Of a stretch of DNA of 64,000 nt, positions 52,401 through 62,238 are shown in pieces. Source of the DNA: Schmidtea polychroa (taxonomy: Eukaryota); contig CM097886.1 in the NCBI GenBank assembly GCA_044892525.1, forward strand, positions 166,706,312 through 166,770,311, written 5' to 3'. The notes under the pieces are model-generated. The model did not search any database and was not told the DNA's origin. It was given only the letters and a program-made list of their open reading frames with translations. Numbering within the stretch: the stretch's first letter is position 1; the number at the start of each line of letters is the position of its first letter. The position numbers were made by a program, and so were the translations under genes.

Positions 52401-52796
52401 TCGCGCTCCTGTATCCAATAAACAATCTACTTTCCGCCCTTGAATATCCAGTGTTGTACTCGGTCTACCTTGCATTATATTATATGTTATTACTGGACTT
52501 TTTTGTTCTTCTACTGACAAAATATTCTGCTCTCTAGTATCTTCTACAATTTCATTAATACACACGTCTCCATTTTTCTTGAGGAATTTGTAAATTTTCT
52601 CTATAGTTCTTTCCTCGTGTTTTACTAATTCATTTGCTTTACACTCCTCTTTAAATTTTTTCTGAATTTCCTTATCATTCGACTTTTTGATTTCTACACT
52701 ACTATTATTATTAATATCACGTTCAAAAACACTACAATCTTTATCAATCATACAATCATCATACATACTTAAATTACACATACCGTTAGCATTCAT
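49452..52796 (-). CDS. pol: Gypsy Pol (protease, RT, RNase H, integrase), intact
   Basis: LLDTGA, YLDD, TDAS, HxxxxH/CxxC, MDICGP, HVDCG, NGIIER and a GPY motif, in PR-RT-RH-IN order. Confidence 0.97.
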   Translation of the reverse strand: MNANGMCNLSMYDDCMIDKDCSVFERDINNNSSVEIKKSNDKEIQKKFKEECKANELVKHEERTIEKIYKFLKKNGDVCINEIVEDTREQNILSVEEQKSPVITYNIMQGRPSTTLDIQGRKVDCLLDTGARINVMAKSVIDRLENIEILETRESLRCANNSRLETMGKININDKMGSIERNVTFIIVKNLIPEIIGGVELQRLFGIELKCILEEHEKRSDFICEIEARFGRIITDEERLRHAIDVLKVTGNKRLLEIFQANKNVFMADKWDIGCTNLIKHKIITKGEPIMIKPRRQPINLEDKIEEAIKNLENNGIIRKCNSPWNTPLVCVWKKEKKDIRLCLDFRQLNKITERQAFPMPNVDEILDILHGSRYFSSIDLGNAYYQVKLDKESQEKTAFSTKEGQFCFNRMPFGIAAAPGTFQELMTKVLKDLWKDGVMVYLDDILIFTKTEEDHYNIFGKVLGKIATAGLRLNPEKCQIFRKEVKFLGHIINKDGIQTDNTKIEAIQSFQKPKCVKNLRSFLGICNYYRRFIKDYAKKARALESICGKNNEKIRWTEMCEKAFGEMKEALITAPVLVFPDFRKEFILDTDASFDTIGAVLSQKDEKGHEHVIAYGSHAMSSHEKGYCITRKELLAIYYFCKHFNHYLYGKRFVLRTDHKAITFMVTTKKPITAQFQTWINYLSSLDIKMEYRKGTSHTNADMLSRKTCGTCVQCMMEHEDPKTGKIKTRILTVTAEGGYNKWQNDNMEVQEIKNKLENKDCKFIMENNTVLTKQGKIWIPSDNRQRMIKEVHVLLCHAGAQKVTKYIQNNCDMENLATEVKKVIENCERCQKMKTITTKTKEETQTIKSTEPFEKIYMDICGPLKETFNKKKYICGIIDHYSKYISLTAINKQDEKTISETLLNKWILKFGAPKKLHVDCGKNFEARSIKELAKAAGIELIFSSPYHHNTNGIIERQFRTIREYINASLNEGGRKNWADIVPEIEYTLNATVQKTTGVSPAEIIFGRKIDRMKWYSNKEINREDMEKRIEDKTLKPKISKTVRDFEMEDLVLIKQEIRNKDDTRWEGPYKVIKKIHERSYLLKDQNGKMVVRNVEKIKHFKKGGCEELKLKY

Positions 52797-52819
52797 TCTT
52801 TGGTTGAAATCAATCTTAC

Positions 52820-53882
52820 TTAGTAAATTGCTCCGATCAATGTCCCGTTTGACGGAGCGTGCTCGTTTGGGTCATTCTCCCTGTTATACTCGTCTGGCTG
52901 GCTTGACTGTTTTGTATTCATCATCTCATCATCAGACTCGATAGCTGCAATATCTTTTCTGTTATATTGTTGGTTTCCCCATTGTCTCTGATGTACGTTC
53001 CTTGATTGATACATATCTTCCCTTTGTTGATAGGTATTTCTTTGAATTCTTCCTCCTGACATCTTCCTTTGGTCTCGATCTCTTCCTTGGTTTCGTCTTT
53101 CCATATTTGTGTAGCACTCTCTTTCTTTGTGTCCTCGTGCATTGCATCTATGACATTTGATTGTTGGGCATTCTCTTCGTATGTGACCTTCAACACCACA
53201 TGCATAACATTGAAATCTTCTTTTTATATTACATTCTCTGCTACTGTGTCCCGGTTTTTTACACGTCCAGCATTCTATCACTTTAATTCTTGTCTCTGGT
53301 TTCCATTCGTTGATTTTTCTCTTCGTGGCTCCAACTTGTACTACATCTCTATAAGTTCTTCCTCCAGTTGTAAGTCGTATTGATCTCACCGTGTTTACTT
53401 GTTCAATAACCTTGTTAACTTTTTCTATCTTCTTTATAGTTTCTTTAATTTGTTCCGCCGTTTTGAGATCTTTCATTTCGATTTCTTTCCTGACTTCTTT
53501 ATCTTTTACACAATGTGTCAATAAACATTTCTGAATTTCTTCCTCATTCCAAGTGTGTGAGGCCAATTTTTTAGTCATTTTTGATATTTTCGTTACCTTG
53601 CTCGTAGTTCAAGGCTTCTCTTAAATCATCAATCAATGACGTTGGTCGATGAAAAGCTGCTCTTAATTTCTGTTCAACGGTTTTACCTTCTGCGGTTTCA
53701 TATTCTTCAATCAAAGTCCTGTCCAGAAGTGTAATAACTAGTACCATTTGGGTCTTCACTGGTGTCTTCGTTATTTCAAAGAACCTCTGACTTTCTTTGA
53801 TAAATAATTCGAGGTCATCTCCTCTGTGGAATTTTTCTGGAAGTAATCTTCCAATAAGCAGATCCGTTGGAATGGTCGCCAT
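52820..53882 (-). pseudogene. gag: Gypsy Gag with CCHC knuckles, frameshifted near 53580
   Basis: ORFs 53571-53918 (MATIPTDLL from 53882) and 52820-53578 (CWTCKKPGHSSREC, CYACGVEGHIRREC, CHRCNARGHKEREC) are in different frames. Confidence 0.85.
52830..52871 (-). promoter_or_regulatory. Putative -1 programmed ribosomal frameshift signal (gag-pol)
   Basis: C CCA AAC heptamer (52865-52871) in the gag frame, a 6-nt spacer, and the hairpin GCTCCGTCAA-ACGGGACA-TTGATCGGAGC. The pol frame is -1 and open from 52871. Confidence 0.75.
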
Positions 53883-55794
53883 GTTAGAAGCTATAACATT
53901 TAATTCTTCTGTCATCAAAATAAATTACTAAGACTATTAAATCCAAAATTATATTTCATTAAATCTGATTATATAAACAAATATTCTTGGGACATTTTCT
54001 AAATTTTAATTTCAACCAAATATCAACATACCATCGCATTCATACTTGAATTTCAATTTTATTAAAAATTATTTTATTTTAAAATTTCAATTATCATTTC
54101 AATTTTAATATCTTAAAATAATTTAAGTTTCAATTAAAATTTTACAAATTTTAATCATGAACTAATTTAATTTAGTATTTTAATTTTAACTCCTCACAAC
54201 AATAATGAAAAAAATTCGATGCTATTGAAATATCAGCAATATTCTCACAGAACTTGCAAATTTGAAATAGGCATTGACATTTTTATTTTTGTTTTTATTT
54301 ATGGAAATAAATTTTATATTTTTAATTAATAAAATAAGTTATTAATTGATCAAAAAATTATTATGAAAACAAAATAAAAACTTACTTGAAGATAAATAAA
54401 TCGATATTCTTTCACATCAATCAATGGTAGCACATCTATTTGTGAAGGTGCATAGAAAGGTTTGGCTTGTACCACTCGCAGGGTCCAGAATAATAGTTAC
54501 CATTTATTGTCAGTAACAAAAATGTTTCAAAGTTTATTTCTAAATAATTAATAATTAATTGGATCAATTTGGATCCAATATTAAAAGAAATACCAAAAAA
54601 AAATTAAATTTTATTGATTTCACAATTCTGCTGTTGATCAAGAAAAATTAATTAATGAAAACAACAAAAGTAATTATTAATTATTTATTTTATAAATTAA
54701 ATTCTGATTATTGCTATTTTAATATTTTTAATTTTTAATTTTTTTTGTGTTATTTATCAGAGAAATTAAAATATTTTGAAAAGTGTTCATTAAAAAGATA
54801 AAAGTTTGGATTAAATTTATTCATTTTTTTATTGATAAATGATTTAAGAAAAATATATTTTTATTAGAACAGAAATGTTGATAAATTTAATAACAGAAAG
54901 GAAGATGTAACATTTCTATTAATTATTTGCATATTCACCTGATTGGAAGGTTTCGGCATTTATAAAGTTTTAAATTTCAATTTTGTTGAGGATAGCTAAA
55001 TGATGAAATCCAATAATAAGTGATTAAATATACGATCGGGTGAATAATGTAGAAAGCGATGAAGGAAAACAAAATCGAAATTAAATTATCATATCTCGAT
55101 AGGCTGTAGGAGATAAAGAAATGTATCACTGGAACAGGCTAGAAATTGCGTCTTCTAAAAATTATATAACTCGACAGGTGTAAGGGATAATAAAAGAAGT
55201 GGATATGACCAAAGGGAAAGTACGAGAAGAAGGAATATAGACGAAAGTCAATATCAGTAAGTGCCATTAGATTGCAGACTACAAAAGAAAACACAAAGAA
55301 AACCTTTGGAATTTTTAAAGGACAAAATTTTAAAAGAACAAAATAAGACGTAAGTTGAAAAGAAAAAGGGAAACACAATTTAAAAAGAAGACAGACGAGA
55401 AAACAGAATTAATACGAAATTAAAAGTGAAGTTTTGGTAATAGTGTTCTCAAATATTTTGAACAAGGAACTTTGTTCTTAGTACTTATTTTTAGATAGGT
55501 ATAGCTTCAGGAATTTTAGGTTTTATCAAAGTTGGAATTTAATAACATAACACAGTATTGTTATTATTTCTTATTATATTGAATTGTTAAAAAGTTTTGA
55601 ATTCTAAATATATTTGTTGGTGAAATGACTTGGAGTTCTTATTCGTAGAATTTACCACTGATGATGGTTTTCATGATCCACAATCACATATATGACAATT
55701 CAGATTAGTATCGATTTTTAAAATTTGAAATACTTCATCGCCCAAATTACTATAAAAATTCTTGAATGAATTAGCACTGAATATTTCCTTTTTT

Positions 55795-55980
55795 AATTAG
55801 ACTTTGGCCTCAAACGTTGACCTTAAAATAGCCTTAAATCGACGTTGCCCTCAGAACTTGACCTTAAAATGGCTTAAATTGGCCTTAAATTGTCCTCGAA
55901 ATGACATTGACCTAAAAATATGATCTTAAGTCGACCTCAAAATTTTCTATGACCTTAAGCTGACCTCACTTCTACCTACT
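55795..55980 (-). repeat. AGGTCA/TGACCT array upstream of subfamily A copy 5
   Basis: Near copy of 47424-47605; marks the start of the second tandem unit. Confidence 0.8.
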
Positions 55981-56171
55981 CACTTGTCGCTACTTCAAAT
56001 TAATTAATAGTTAATTAAAACAATTAAATTTCCTAATAAATCACGATTAATACATTTTCCATTTTCAATATAAAATTATCAGATCTTTCATTTGATCTAT
56101 TTACGTTCAGAGATATAAATAGAATGAGATATAAATTGAGCAGAAATATTCAGTTTCTTCTATTAAAACAA

Positions 56172-56579
56172 ATGAAATATATTTTCAGATCTCTAATAAT
56201 TCTCTCGCTGATCATGGCAACAATTCAGAAAGAATTTTGCCTTCACATTCGAACATGGCCGGAGATTTTCAGCTTCGTGAATCAGCTGTTGAAGGGGAAA
56301 TCATTCAGCGACCCGGTTTATATTAAGTATCAAAGCGGAAGTCAAATTATTTATTTAAAACCTGACCCCCCTTCAAAGAAATGCCACATAACATTTGTGT
56401 TGAATATAAATCCTTGTTATGAACCACCAGCAGTTTTGTCTATCGATAACTGCGACCCGGATTGTGATATCCAAGAGGAAGTATTTCGGTTTCGAGAGAT
56501 CGTCGTGGAATCGTCTCCGATCTTCAAATATATTAAGGAAAATCAAATAACAATAATGAAAAAAATTCGATGCTATTGA
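56172..56579 (+). CDS. Secreted Cys-patterned protein, subfamily A, copy 5
   Basis: Intact ORF; TATAAATA at 56114-56121. Confidence 0.75.
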   Translation: MKYIFRSLIILSLIMATIQKEFCLHIRTWPEIFSFVNQLLKGKSFSDPVYIKYQSGSQIIYLKPDPPSKKCHITFVLNINPCYEPPAVLSIDNCDPDCDIQEEVFRFREIVVESSPIFKYIKENQITIMKKIRCY

Positions 56580-58079
56580 AATATCAGCAATATTCTCACA
56601 GAACTTGCAAATTTGAAAAAGGCATTTACATTTTTATTTTTGCTTTTATTTATGGAAATAAATTTTATATTTTTAGTTAATAAAATAAGTTATTTGCAAA
56701 TAAGGGTTAAATTAAATTTTATTGATTTCACAATTCTGCTGTTGATCAAGAAAAATTAATTAATGAAAACAACAAAATTATTAATTATAAATTTTATCAG
56801 AAAATGATTATTAAAACAAAAACTTACTTGATAATAAATAAATCGATATTCTTTCACATCAATCAATGGTAGCACATCTATTTGTGAAGGTGCATAGAAA
56901 GGTTTGGCTTGTACCACTCGCAGGGTCCAGAATAATTGTTACCATTTATTGTCAGTAACAAAAATGTTTCAAAGTTTATTTCTAAATAATTAATAATTAA
57001 TTGGATCAATTTGGATCCAATATTAAAAGAAATACCAAAAAATAAATTAAATTTTATTCACAATTCTGCTGTTGATCAAGAAAAATTAATTAATGAAAAC
57101 AACAAAAGTAATTATTAATTATTTATTTTATAAATTAAATTCTGATTATTGCTATTTTAATATTTTTAATTTTTAATTTTTTGTGTTATTTATCAGAGAA
57201 ATTAAAATATTTTGAAAAGTGTTCATATAAAAGATAAAAGTTTGGAATAAATTTATTCATTTTTTTATTGATAAATGATTTAAGAAAAATATTTTTTTAT
57301 TAGAACAGAAATGTTGATAAATTTAATAACAGAAAGGAAGATGTAACATTTCTATTAATTATTTGCATATTCACCTGATTGGAAGGCCTTTATAAGACTA
57401 TAATTTATAAAGGTTTAAATTTCAATTTTGTTAAGGATAGCTAAATGATGAAATCCAATAATAAGTGATTAAATATACGATCGGGTGAATAATGTAGAAA
57501 GCGATGAAGGAAAACAAAATCGAAATTAAATTATCATATCTCGATAGGCTGTAGGAGATAAAGAAATGTATCACTGGAACAGACTAGAAATTGCGTCTTC
57601 TAAAAATTATATAACTCGACAGGTGTAAGGGATAATAAAAGAAGTGGATATGACCAAAGGGAAAGTACGAGAAGAAGGAATATAGACGAAAGTCAATATC
57701 AGTAAGTGCTATTAGATTGCAGACTATAAAAGGAAACACAACTTGAATCAACCTTTGGATTTTTAAAAGACAAAATTCGAAGAATTAAGTTGACCTAAGT
57801 TGAAAAGAAAAAGGGAAACCCAATTTATAAAGAAGACAGACGAGAAACAGAATTAATACGAAACGCAAAGTGAAGTTCTGGGGATAGTGTTCTCAAATAT
57901 TTTGTACACTGAACATACATGCCAATTCAGCTTAGTATCGATTTTTAAAATTTGAAATACCTCATCACCCTAATTACTGTCAAAATTCTTGAATGAAGTA
58001 GCACTGATTTTACTCACATTGTATTCTTGTTAGGCCATATTTTCGACTTTTCTTTTGATTTTGTTTGTAATTTCAACAG

Positions 58080-58620
58080 ATCGTATATCAATATGGCGAA
58101 TGATTGTAACTTAAAATTATTTTTGGAAAAATGTTTATCCAAGTTATGTTACATTGATGCATTTTTTTGAGCTTTTTCTTCTCATTTAATATCTCCGTTT
58201 TCTTTTCTAAGTCTTTTTGGAAAATCTTTCTTTCATTATTACAACACGCTGTCAAAATATTTAAATCTATACTATGTTTATCCGCTAATGAACCTTTGGT
58301 CCTTATTAAGATTCTAATCATGCAATTGCACTATCTATTAATAATACTATTAGAATTGATGTACTCAAAGCCAACCTTTTTTATATATTATTGTTCTCAA
58401 AAGTTGAAGATTTTTAGTGTTGATTATCTTTTATGTCTTTGCAATGCTATTTTATTCGGGCACATTATTAATTGAATTAATTTAAGAATTTATTTGAAAA
58501 GGCCTCATGATCCTAATTGCCAAAATTTAGATTTTTAATTGGGACTTTTTGTAAATATTTGGAGGCTTTACTAAAACTTTACATCAATGGCTCAATCATC
58601 ATCTCAAATTCTCAGGATTT
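58080..58620 (-). pseudogene. Possible retroviral-type integrase remnant
   Basis: WINIFPKIILSYNHSPY and SKASKYLQKVPIKN resemble integrase core motifs, but are heavily decayed. Confidence 0.3.
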
Positions 58621-59176
58621 TCGAGTTCTATCATTGTCAGTTGGCTTAAAATGTATTCTGTGCCGATCAATTTAACAATACTAAAATAAGATTTAGAAAT
58701 ATTTTTAATTTAAATTTTGTGATTTTGAACTTAAAAATTTAATTGGGTTTAAAAGAAATTAAAAATTAAAAATTGCAGTTTAAATATTAGCTTTGTAAAT
58801 AGAGTTTCTGAAAAACCCGTAATTTGATAAACGCCGGATTCGGTTTTTGGATTTTTCAAAACCGCCAGATATCAGAAAACCGATCAATAAAATTGTTAAT
58901 ATGATAAAAGCGCAAAAAATGTTTGAATTTAATTTTTATAAATCTATATTCAATTTTAAATAAAACAATTTTAGATATGCAAGCTCATTCAACGATTTAT
59001 CAGATAATCGTGATTTGATTTTGGTGCAGAAATTAGCTGATATGGAACATTAGGATCGGTTGATGTTGGCTTGATTGAACATAGCACCAAATAGTTTTCC
59101 ATATTATCGGTTCGTTTTCCAGTATTGCGGAATAATGTAAATTCTTGTTTTATATTCTTAATATGGAATTGGTTAC

Positions 59177-59548
59177 CAGCGCCGTGCTGTAACTTTTGGG
59201 GGCCCTGTGTAGAAACTAAAAAAATTTTTTTTTAAATTTGAATTAATTTTTTATTGATTGTATTTAAAAAAATAATACCAATTATAAAGTAATTTTTCTA
59301 GCTCTTTTGCTAGATTTGAAGCAAAAAACAACTGAATTATTAGGTATATTTGTTTCAAATTAAATCGTTGCCAACTAGATTTTTTTGAAAGTTAAACGAA
59401 TTTTGAATTTTCAAATTTTTTTTTCTTTCAATTCGTAGTAATTTATGGTATTGGAGAAGTTTTTCTAATGTATTTAATATTTGGGGCCCCTCAAAAATAG
59501 GGGGCCCAGTGCGATTGCACTTGTTGCACTTACGATATTACGGCGCTG
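59177..59548. mobile_element. hAT MITE (372 bp)
   Basis: TIR CAGCGCCGT / ACGGCGCTG with an 8-bp TSD TTGGTTAC on both sides. Confidence 0.92.
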
Positions 59549-60841
59549 TTGGTTACCCCTGATTTGTGATTCTCTTGATAATGAGTTTTATATAACCTTT
59601 TCCAGTTCTTCTTCCATAGTCATTTCTTTTTCTTCAACAGAAACAATTTCACTCTTATTTTCTGTTTCATCTAAATTATTTGAAAAAAAAACTTTGCATT
59701 ATTTAGTTTTGATGGAACATGCGATGAAACGTTCAATGATATGAGTAGATTCATTATATTCTTATTTGTGAGTTCACCAATTCTTCTTGTCAAGTTTTCC
59801 AATAACGTTTTACTTATTTCACTGTCAGCATTACGAAGTTTATTCATCAGAAACTCGATTATTGCATCTGCTGATGACAAATAGGCATCTTGTCTACTAA
59901 GAGATTCTACAGCTAATTTTACTGGTTTGAGAACATTAACCAAATCACTAAGAAGGTTGAAATTTACTTCTGTCAGCATATCCATATTATTTAACTCAAA
60001 CATTTATAAAACGCTCAACCATGCCAATTAATCAGTTCCATCTGATTTTTACGTCTGGTTTGAGCTCTAAAGAATGTGCTTCTCCTCACCAAAGTTTGAT
60101 CTTGTCTTGTAAAATACGATTTTTAACTGTTGATTTTCTAAAAAAACAGACACTTTTACTCATGTTTTTGATGTTTTCTTGAATATTTAATATATTTTCA
60201 AATTGAACTTCTGACTGACAAATATCGTAAGTTCCGTCTTCATCTTCAAAACAATCTTATCTATCACTATCAACATCATCTTCATTCAATATTTCAATAT
60301 TATTATCATCGTTGTAACAAACATTTTGTATATGTTCCAATTCAAATATTTGTTTTTTATAAAGTGTGTCGCAAACAGCTAAATGTATACCACGGTTGAA
60401 ACATAACTGGTAAATTGCTGGGCTCTCTCTACCATACTTAATCATCATAGGAGCACCATCACAAGTTGATGCAACAATATCTTTCTCAAAAGAAATGTTA
60501 CAGTTTTCTAAACGAGTTTTAACTATATCAACTAAGTCAAATCCAGAACAAGATCCAAATATTCTTACTAATCCAAGATTATACGGTTCGTTTTCTTTGG
60601 CTTCATGTAAATTGATATTAACATTCGTTTCATCCGAATACTTGTCCCTATTACTCTTCAGCTTTTCAATTAATATTGTACTTAGTTGAGCTTTTTTTAT
60701 TCATAGCTTTCATGAAAAAGTTCCATGACATCGGATTCCTTTTTGGCGGAGGTTTGGTACATTTGGCTATTGAATCTCGCATAAAATTTGATCTTGTAAT
60801 TGCTTTTAAATGCTCTTATCTTCATCTTCATAGTTTGACTT

Positions 60842-61268
60842 TAGGGTTGCCAATTCCCACAACCTCGAACCAGGGAGATTATAAAATTGCGAACAGTATA
60901 ATGCTTAAGAAATAATATAAAAGGTGTTTTTTCACTTTTTTGGTTTACACATGTTGCTAGTTTTTAAACATTAAAATTTTAAAAGTGAAAAAAACCTGAC
61001 AGTGACAGACTAATAACGTGGGTAAGATGAAAAACATAAAATCACTCGCCACGAACAAACAACTTAAACTTCCGGTGACAGTGAGCAAAAATAAATCCTG
61101 ATTATCATGAGTTTAGAGAAATCAAATAAAAGTTAAAACTTCAAAAACTGCACTTTTTTCTTGAAAAATTGTAAAATATTGTAAAAACGGAAAGACGGGA
61201 GATTTACATCTCCCGGGTCATAGTTAACCGGGAGACTCCGGGCAAAAACGGGAGAGTTGGCAAGTCTA
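60842..61268. mobile_element. hAT-type MITE (427 bp)
   Basis: Termini TAGGGTTGCCAA / TTGGCAAGTCTA, flanks TTTGACTT and TTAGACTT (7 of 8 match), and CGGGAGA subterminal repeats. Confidence 0.75.
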
Positions 61269-61968
61269 TTAGACTTACTTAACATAATTCCATGAATCAT
61301 TTCTATGTGGTTTATCAATGCACCAGTAGAGCTACTGCTGTTTGAAATCTTTGTTTTGCAAATTTTACATTCTGATTTTCCATTAGAAATTTGGTTAAAA
61401 TGTTCCCATGTTTTTGATGTTTTTTGGAACTAGGTTTTTGGATATAGGTGAAAATAAGAAGCTTTAATTTTGAAAAAATAAATTAAAACTAACCGAAAGA
61501 ATTATTTAACTTAATGTTTTGCGATACAAATAAATTTTTAAGATTTATTTAAACAAACTATTCAACACGATTCACTTCAAAAAATGAATGCAGAAATAAA
61601 ACAAAAAACTTCAAAAATATTATGCTATTATACCGTTTTATTTTAAAAATAATTTGCCCTAGACATAGGAAGGTCTTCAGGGAGTTTACTTAACTTGAGA
61701 ACCTCGCCNNNNNNNNNNNNNNNNNNNNNNNNNNNNNNNNNNNNNNNNNNNNNNNNNNNNNNNNNNNNNNNNNNNNNNNNNNNNNNNNNNNNNNNNNNNN
61801 NNNNNNNNNNNNNNNNNNNNNNNNNNNNNNNNNNNNNNNNNNNNNNNNNNNNNNNNNNNNNNNNNNNNNNNNNNNNNNNNNNNNNNNNNNNNNNNNNNNN
61901 NNNNNNNNNNNNNNNNNNNNTATGAATTAGATGATTTTTCCGAGGGAAATCCTAAACAAAATTTAATT

Positions 61969-62238
61969 ATGAAAAAATATTATATGGATGATTTTTTGAC
62001 CATTTTTCGGGTGGCATATAATCGGAGTTATTTGTTATTTTTCGTTTTTATTGCGAGTTTCTTCGTTCTTTATTGGAATTTTGTTGCCTTTTTAATAATG
62101 ATGGTGATTATTTTCTTTTCCATCGCAATTCTGACGATGATTGCTGGAATGCAAATCACAAGCAAGGCAGCAATGTTCCAGAATTTGGCAGGCTTCCTAA
62201 ACAACAAAAATTCTTCATTAAGTTATTATTACTTATAA
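61969..62238 (+). CDS. Small hydrophobic hypothetical protein (89 aa, about two TM segments)
   Basis: Open frame with two long hydrophobic stretches and mildly raised GC. No known family. Confidence 0.3.
   Translation: MKKYYMDDFLTIFRVAYNRSYLLFFVFIASFFVLYWNFVAFLIMMVIIFFSIAILTMIAGMQITSKAAMFQNLAGFLNNKNSSLSYYYL

Larger units (their letters stand above)
49162..54198 (-). mobile_element. Full-length Ty3/Gypsy LTR retrotransposon
   Basis: 317-bp LTRs (49162-49478, 53882-54198) with TG..CA ends and one mismatch by eye; 5-bp TSD ACAAT; PBS TGGCGACCA at 53873-53881 (tRNA-Arg-like, inferred); PPT AAAAAAGGGGGA at 49479-49490. Confidence 0.97.
48779..54228 (+). pseudogene. Subfamily A copy 4, interrupted by the Gypsy element (coding 48779-49161 and 54204-54228)
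   Basis: The reading frame continues as MKKIRCY* after the right LTR and TSD. The remaining ORF now ends IVRSYNI* inside the LTR. Confidence 0.9.
58800..61450 (-). pseudogene. Decayed BED-finger hAT transposase interrupted by two MITEs
   Basis: BED finger KTWEHFNQISNGKSECKICKTKIS...STGALINHIEMIH near 61285-61420; CDGA...CFNRGIHLAV; C-terminal SIKPTS...TKIKSRLSDKSL near 59000-59100. Resembles the 440-1680 remnant. Confidence 0.8.

Noticed and set aside
49582-53383. Plus-strand and alternate-frame ORFs overlapping gag/pol, and similar shadow ORFs over the hAT and ZCCHC7
   Set aside because: Antisense or off-frame shadows of real coding sequence.
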